25,348 nucleotides of DNA from Myxococcales bacterium. GTDB taxonomy: Bacteria > Myxococcota_A > UBA9042. The notes beneath the pieces are model-generated. The model was not told the DNA's origin, made no database searches, and worked only from the letters and a program-made list of their open reading frames with translations. The stretch lies in contig JBBISH010000096.1 of assembly GCA_037441385.1 (NCBI GenBank), positions 1 through 25,348 on the forward strand. Direction: 5' to 3'. Position numbers and translations under genes: made by a program. This document shows positions 21,901 through 25,348 of the stretch, piece after piece. Numbering within the stretch: the first letter of the stretch is position 1; every line of letters begins with the position of its first letter.

Positions 21901-22241
21901 CAGTTCTGGGGTTGCGTGGCCGCGTCCTCGCCTACGGCCGTGTCGTTGCTCGTGTCGACCGCATCCAGCGGGGCGATGGCGTCGTCCGTGTCGCCCAAGT
22001 CGGCGGCCGCCGTGTCCTCGGTTTCCTGCAGTGGGCCGTCGGTCGGGGCGGTTTCGGCGCCGCCATCGGCCACGGCCGCATCGCTCAGGCTATCGCCGCC
22101 GCCGCCGTCGCCGACCGTCACCAAGGTGGCCGGTTTCAACTCGGCATCCTCGCTGCACGCGACCAGGGCCAGCACCGCCGCCAGCAGACCCGCCGAACCT
22201 TTGCCCAAGTTGCGACGCGGTGCCGGGCTCGTCCTTGCCAT
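18969..22241 (-). CDS. Large Cys-rich surface lipoprotein: CDDGxxCT repeats, EICNGLDDDC motif, Ca-binding EGF domains, fibrinogen-like YCDxxxGGW module and a C-terminal beta-rich domain
   Basis: Lipobox LVAC (Cys29) and an acidic D/T/A linker. Eight C(D/S)DxxxCT..D.C repeats, AEICNGLDDDCNGQTDEG, two DVDEC...C.N..GS(Y/F).C.C EGF-Ca units, and TC.EI......GDGNYWLD......YYCDMKGGGWVL. SD AGGAG. Confidence 0.88.
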   Translation of the reverse strand: MARTSPAPRRNLGKGSAGLLAAVLALVACSEDAELKPATLVTVGDGGGGDSLSDAAVADGGAETAPTDGPLQETEDTAAADLGDTDDAIAPLDAVDTSNDTAVGEDAATQPQNCPGDPGCPCKLDSECGSGACLASAKGPACAAPCVADVPCAKGTACFTLPGADTTTSDDDIAVCAPKWATFCDPCELSSACTGVGAPQAACIGLPGAQGQGFFCAPPCKNDSQCPTGATCSEATGTDGLTGGYCVPTTGLCTCSAAALGKSTACSVEVTLPSGATAICAGTRICGENGLSACSAATPKAEICNGLDDDCNGQTDEGAACDDGNPCTKDACSLGKCAGVPQAALCDDGSACTAGDACLDGTCAGAPVSCDDSNPCTGDSCDNAKGCQHTALDGGTCDDGDVCTAGDTCKAGACVATQGNACPCSADSDCVAKEDGNLCNGTLYCNKAKVPAVCTVNPATVVVCDPKADSVCAAATCEPSSGKCALAPKNAGAACSDNNACTAADACAGGTCTGAAVNCDDGNACTADSCDPASGCKHANTGDPCSDDNPCTTGDICSAGACLTVPKGCDDGFACTDDACDITTGNCQNNLVASTVCGVVPLPFVTDLACDATATLALWQRSDWALPTSAVRWGFDNSPELVANGTCSLNINNGKDLSCSSGQTLVDAYALSPWLDAAAVPVGKPLAVRFDSGGSWTPQHVATVAARISGGEWIALGSVAAPTGSGWTGVQFPITGMAGKQLQIRFAFSGPCAAGQLGWFVDNVAVFADACADGSTNCPANHTCTSDSQGKAVCTPCQPGFQVNGNVCVDVDECAVANTCSANATCTNTVGSYVCTCKPGFEGATCSDVDECANGTAGCEATAVCVNKPGSFSCTCPSPLVAVGKGCAKKGTVAAAPAATCVEILGLDPTSGDGNYWLDVDGPGGQPAAQYYCDMKGGGWVLLIFDTFDTGSAAGWSAGSVQGCGSYGPILGGANQFGKGALTSKKVAAPAHSQVKLALAYVRIDSWDGESGVVQVDGNNVWTKKGTGAWHPLFHDGDVCGDNAYTDDEWGVAFSGPHSGATVTVTVTSTLDQDAGDESFGVDNVALWVK

Positions 22242-22302
22242 CCACCCTGCTCCTGGCGGCGGGGGCCGCTATCTCTGGAACATAGCCAGCCCCAGTCCCG
22301 GC

Positions 22303-22322
22303 CTGTCACGCCACTGTCACGC
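22303..22322 (+). promoter_or_regulatory. Pho-box-like (OmpR/PhoB-family) direct repeat
   Basis: CTGTCACGC at 22303-22311 and 22314-22322, period 11 bp, i.e. CTGTCAC-N4-CTGTCAC. Confidence 0.4.
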
Positions 22323-22440
22323 GAACCCCACCCGACTCGCGCTTGCGCGGTTCCTGTGAATCGTTCTGCAACTGCCGAGAATCAGGCGGGAACCCCGGCT
22401 CGTACCCAAAGAAATGCCAGAGTTGCCGAGCCAATTCGGA
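22323..22440. repeat. Dispersed intergenic repeat, copy 2 (copy 1 at 153-270)
   Basis: See copy 1; same orientation. The stem 22326-22338 / 22379-22391 pairs fully on the minus strand using four G.U pairs. Confidence 0.9.
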
Positions 22441-22478
22441 TGGATTCCGTGCCATGGTCACGGCGTCTGCAGAATTCT

Positions 22479-22922
22479 TCACGGTGCGCTGAGGGGCCGT
22501 TGCGGCAGGCCAAAGTTCTGGTGGTCGGCCAGGGTGCAGCGGTCCTGCACCACACCGATGCCGTGGGCGCGCAAAGTCGCCGCAAAGGCGTCGTGGCGGA
22601 TGCCGAGCTGCAGCCACACCCAGGTGGGCGGTGGCTGCATCGCCAGGATCTCGGGCAAGTGGGCCTGCAGCAAATCGGCGCGGCGGAACACGTCGATCAG
22701 GTCGATTTTGCACGGGCATTCGGACAAGTCGGCACGCACCACCTCGCCCCACCACACTTCGCCGGCTCGCATCGGGTTGACGGGGATGATGCGGTAGCCC
22801 ATGCGGTGCAGATAGGCGGGCACATAGTGCGAGGCCCGCGCGGGGTCGTCGTGGGCGCCCAGCACGGCGATGGTCACTGCATTTTCAAGGATGTAGCGCG
22901 GATTTTCGACCACTTGCACCAT
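22479..22922 (-). CDS. CoA-binding domain protein (YccU-like)
   Basis: TIAVLGA.D.P.RAS..V..YL...GYRIIPVNP, IDLIDVFRR, VWLQLGI and VVQDRC. SD GGAGG lies in the last codons of the upstream gene. Confidence 0.9.
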   Translation of the reverse strand: MVQVVENPRYILENAVTIAVLGAHDDPARASHYVPAYLHRMGYRIIPVNPMRAGEVWWGEVVRADLSECPCKIDLIDVFRRADLLQAHLPEILAMQPPPTWVWLQLGIRHDAFAATLRAHGIGVVQDRCTLADHQNFGLPQRPLSAP

Positions 22923-22925
22923 TGG

Positions 22926-24443
22926 CTACCTCCGCAGCATCAGGCCATCGGCCCAATCCTTGGCGGCGTTGCGCACCGACAGGGCGGCGTCGTTTTGCCA
23001 AAGGTTGCGGGCCAGGGCCAGCCACGCGTCAAAGTTCGCCTTCTGCAGGCGATCGCTGGTGCGGCAAAGCGACCGCACCGCCGCGGCGCGGGCACTGTCC
23101 AGCGGGTCTTTGGTCGTGGCTACAAGGAGGTCGGCCGCGTCGTCCAAAGTCTTGCCGCCGATTTCGCCCAAGGCGAGCGCGGCCCCCTCGCGCAGACTTG
23201 GCAGCGACGCGCCCAGGGCCGTCTTGAGCACGGCGGCCGCGTCGGACTCGAAGTGCACCAGCATGGCCCGCGCGGCATCTTGTACCACCGCGCTGCGACT
23301 GCCCATTTGCGCCACCAGCAGCGGCAGAACGCGTTTGCCCTGGCCCAAGACGGCTTGGCGGACGGCGTGGGCAACGCTGCGGTCAGGATCTGCCACCGAC
23401 AAAAGCAGCTGTGCCACGGCACTTTCCAGCACTGACTCGGGACACTGGCGCAGCGCCGCCGCCGCCTCGATGCGCACGCGCTGGTCGGAGTCGCGCACCG
23501 CCACACCGGCGAGCAGCGCGGCCTCTGGTGTCAGCGGCGCCATACTGCCCAGCGACCGCCAGGCGTTGGCCCGCACCATGGGGCGGCCGTCGCGGGTCAG
23601 CGCCAACAGCGCTTCGACTTCGACCTGCTTGGCCACCTTCTTCAGCGCCGCCTCGTCGCCCAGCTGCACCGCAAAGTCGTCGAAGGGCAGGGGCCGCGCC
23701 TCGGCGACCGCGGGGGAGCTGCTCCGCGAGATCGTCGTCAGGGCCTCGCGAGCCAGCTTGCGCACCGCGATGTCGCCATCGCGACCCAAAGCGACGATGC
23801 TGCGGTGGTAGGGCGCCAGGGCCGATACACCAAGCACCATCAGGCCAGCCAAGCTATTGGCGCGCAACCGCGGATCCCCGTCGGCCAGCAAGTTGGCCAA
23901 GGCGTGGACTGCCGGCTCGCCCAAGGCAAGCAGCGACGGCAACACCAGACGGTCGGCCGTTTCGGCATCGGTGCGGAGCGCGGCGGTCAGGGCCGGCAGG
24001 GCCTTGGCCCCATACGTCGCCACGACCTTCTCGATCTCGGGAAGCAGCCGGCGATCCTGCGCCGCTGCCTTGAGCAGCGCCGCCACGGCCTTGTCCACCT
24101 CGCTCGCCGCCGCTGCGCACTGGACCGCGGCCACGCGCACCGATGGACTGGCGTCGCGCAGCATCACCAAGACCAGGGACAGATCGGGCTCTTGAAGTGG
24201 CCCCAACCAACCTAGCACGCCCAGAGCATTGGCCCGCACCGCGACTCGACCATCGCCCAGCGCCGCTCGCACCTGGCCCACACTGAGTGTCTTGGCCGCC
24301 GCCTTGAGCTGGTCGACCGACAGCAAGTCGCTGGCGAAGCCCGCCAGTAGGACGTCGGCAGGTTCGGCCAAAGGCGACCGGCCGCCCTGGTCTTTGGTCT
24401 GGCTCACCCCTTTGGTGTCGCTCATCCCTTTGGTCTCGCTCAT
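22926..24443 (-). CDS. HEAT/PBS-lyase-like repeat protein
   Basis: Repeated L.D....VR..A..AL motifs (DGRVAVRANA, DASPSVRVAA, DGDPRLRANS, DGDIAVRKLA, DGRPMVRANA, DSDQRVRIEAA, DPLDSARAAA). Confidence 0.85.
   Translation of the reverse strand: MSETKGMSDTKGVSQTKDQGGRSPLAEPADVLLAGFASDLLSVDQLKAAAKTLSVGQVRAALGDGRVAVRANALGVLGWLGPLQEPDLSLVLVMLRDASPSVRVAAVQCAAAASEVDKAVAALLKAAAQDRRLLPEIEKVVATYGAKALPALTAALRTDAETADRLVLPSLLALGEPAVHALANLLADGDPRLRANSLAGLMVLGVSALAPYHRSIVALGRDGDIAVRKLAREALTTISRSSSPAVAEARPLPFDDFAVQLGDEAALKKVAKQVEVEALLALTRDGRPMVRANAWRSLGSMAPLTPEAALLAGVAVRDSDQRVRIEAAAALRQCPESVLESAVAQLLLSVADPDRSVAHAVRQAVLGQGKRVLPLLVAQMGSRSAVVQDAARAMLVHFESDAAAVLKTALGASLPSLREGAALALGEIGGKTLDDAADLLVATTKDPLDSARAAAVRSLCRTSDRLQKANFDAWLALARNLWQNDAALSVRNAAKDWADGLMLRR
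24390..24443 (-). repeat. 18-bp tandem repeat x3 at the start of the HEAT gene
   Basis: ATGAGCGAGACCAAAGGG ATGAGCGACACCAAAGGG GTGAGCCAGACCAAAGAC encodes MSETKG MSDTKG VSQTKD. Confidence 0.85.
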
Positions 24444-24662
24444 CTAGGGACCCCGCGCCAGTCATGGCGCACGCACGGTTGCGATACCCACGCGGTTCGG
24501 CGCACGGTCGGCCGCCCCAAGTTACCACAGCTGGCCGCGGGTGGAAGGCGGCGCTGCCGCTCCGCGCCGTGCCGCACTGTACACCAGGCCACCCCGGCGG
24601 GCGAGCATCGGCGGCCGACGGCCAAGCCGAACAGGTGCGGCGACCCCAGCCGTCCACCGACG

Positions 24663-24693
24663 ACCTTGCTTGCGCGCCGCAAGGTGCTACGAT
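24663..24693 (+). promoter_or_regulatory. Putative promoter of the GAF gene overlapped by an inverted repeat
   Basis: TTGCTT (24666-24671), a 16-nt spacer, then TACGAT (24688-24693) with an extended -10 TG. ACCTTGC-N9-GCAAGGT lies at 24663-24685. Confidence 0.45.
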
Positions 24694-24772
24694 CTTTGAG
24701 TACCGCGACTCGACACGTGCCGAACGCCGGGTGGGCGCGGCCCTGCTACCCGGCCAATCACGCAGAGAGTTC

Positions 24773-25348
24773 ATGAATCCCGCCTCCCCCTCGAACCCTG
24801 CCAGCGCCGGTACCCCGATGGGGGTGCTGGCCGTGTCGTCTGAGGACGAGCGCCTGCGCCTAGAGACGGTGCTCGAGATCGCCAAGGCGTTGACGTCTGA
24901 GCGCGACTTGGACCGCCTGCTGAACCTCATCGTCGGGGCCGCGACGCGGGTGGTGGACGCCGAACGCGGTACGCTGTTCTTGGTCGATCCGGACACGGGC
25001 GAACTTTGGTCCAAGATCGCCCAAGGCCTGGGCGGCGAAATTCGGCTACCGCGTGGGCTGGGCATCGTGGGCGCGGTGGCTCAGACCGGGCAGGTCATCA
25101 ATCTGCGCGACGCCTATGCCGACCCGCGCTTCAACCAGGAAGTGGACCGCACTACGGGCTTTCATACCCGCAACTTGGTGGCCGTGCCGCTGCGCAACAC
25201 CCACGGCGATGTGGTGGGCGTGCTGCAACTGCTCAACAAGGCTACGGGCGGCTTTACCGAAGCCGACGCGGATTTGCTGCGGGCGCTGGGTGGTCAGGCC
25301 GCGGCGGCCATCGAAAATGCGCTGCTGCACGAAGAAATTACGCGCCTG
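24773..25348 (+). CDS. GAF-domain signalling protein, 5' partial (output domain outside the window; HD-GYP, cyclase or kinase are all possible)
   Basis: Absent from the ORF track because no stop falls inside the window. Manual translation from ATG 24773: MNPASP...ERDLDRLLNLIV..ATRVVDAERGTLFLVD..TGELWSKIAQG...EIRLPRGLGIVGAVAQTGQVINLRDAYADPRFNQEVDRTTGFHTRNLVAVPL....GDVVGVLQLLNKATGGFTEAD...AIENALLHEEITRL, a PDE/CyaB-type GAF. Confidence 0.9.
   Translation, partial: MNPASPSNPASAGTPMGVLAVSSEDERLRLETVLEIAKALTSERDLDRLLNLIVGAATRVVDAERGTLFLVDPDTGELWSKIAQGLGGEIRLPRGLGIVGAVAQTGQVINLRDAYADPRFNQEVDRTTGFHTRNLVAVPLRNTHGDVVGVLQLLNKATGGFTEADADLLRALGGQAAAAIENALLHEEITRL

Overview
High-GC bacterial chromosomal window, mostly housekeeping and envelope genes. 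Gene content and order suggest a Myxococcota/deltaproteobacterial-type organism (inference from the lysS-lol permease-lolD-bamA order and a giant Cys-rich lipoprotein). The minus strand carries tRNA-Pro(GGG)-lysS-lolC/E-like permease-lolD-bamA, possibly followed by skp at the window edge. It also carries full-length metH, a START-domain protein, sohB, an NPP-family phosphodiesterase, an exported YbjN-like protein, a 1090-aa Cys-rich/EGF/fibrinogen-like mosaic lipoprotein, a CoA-binding protein and a HEAT-repeat protein. The plus strand carries an LTA-synthase/sulfatase-fold membrane protein and the 5' part of a GAF-domain signalling protein. No transposase, integrase, prophage gene or CRISPR array is visible, and I cannot support a complete novel multi-gene system. 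The best unexplained signals are non-coding. One is a 118-bp intergenic element present twice, 22 kb apart (ungapped, about 77% identical, with a conserved 13-bp stem). The others are a hairpin-dense ~400-nt region upstream of sohB, a repeat- and hairpin-rich tRNA leader, and a Pho-box-like direct repeat.
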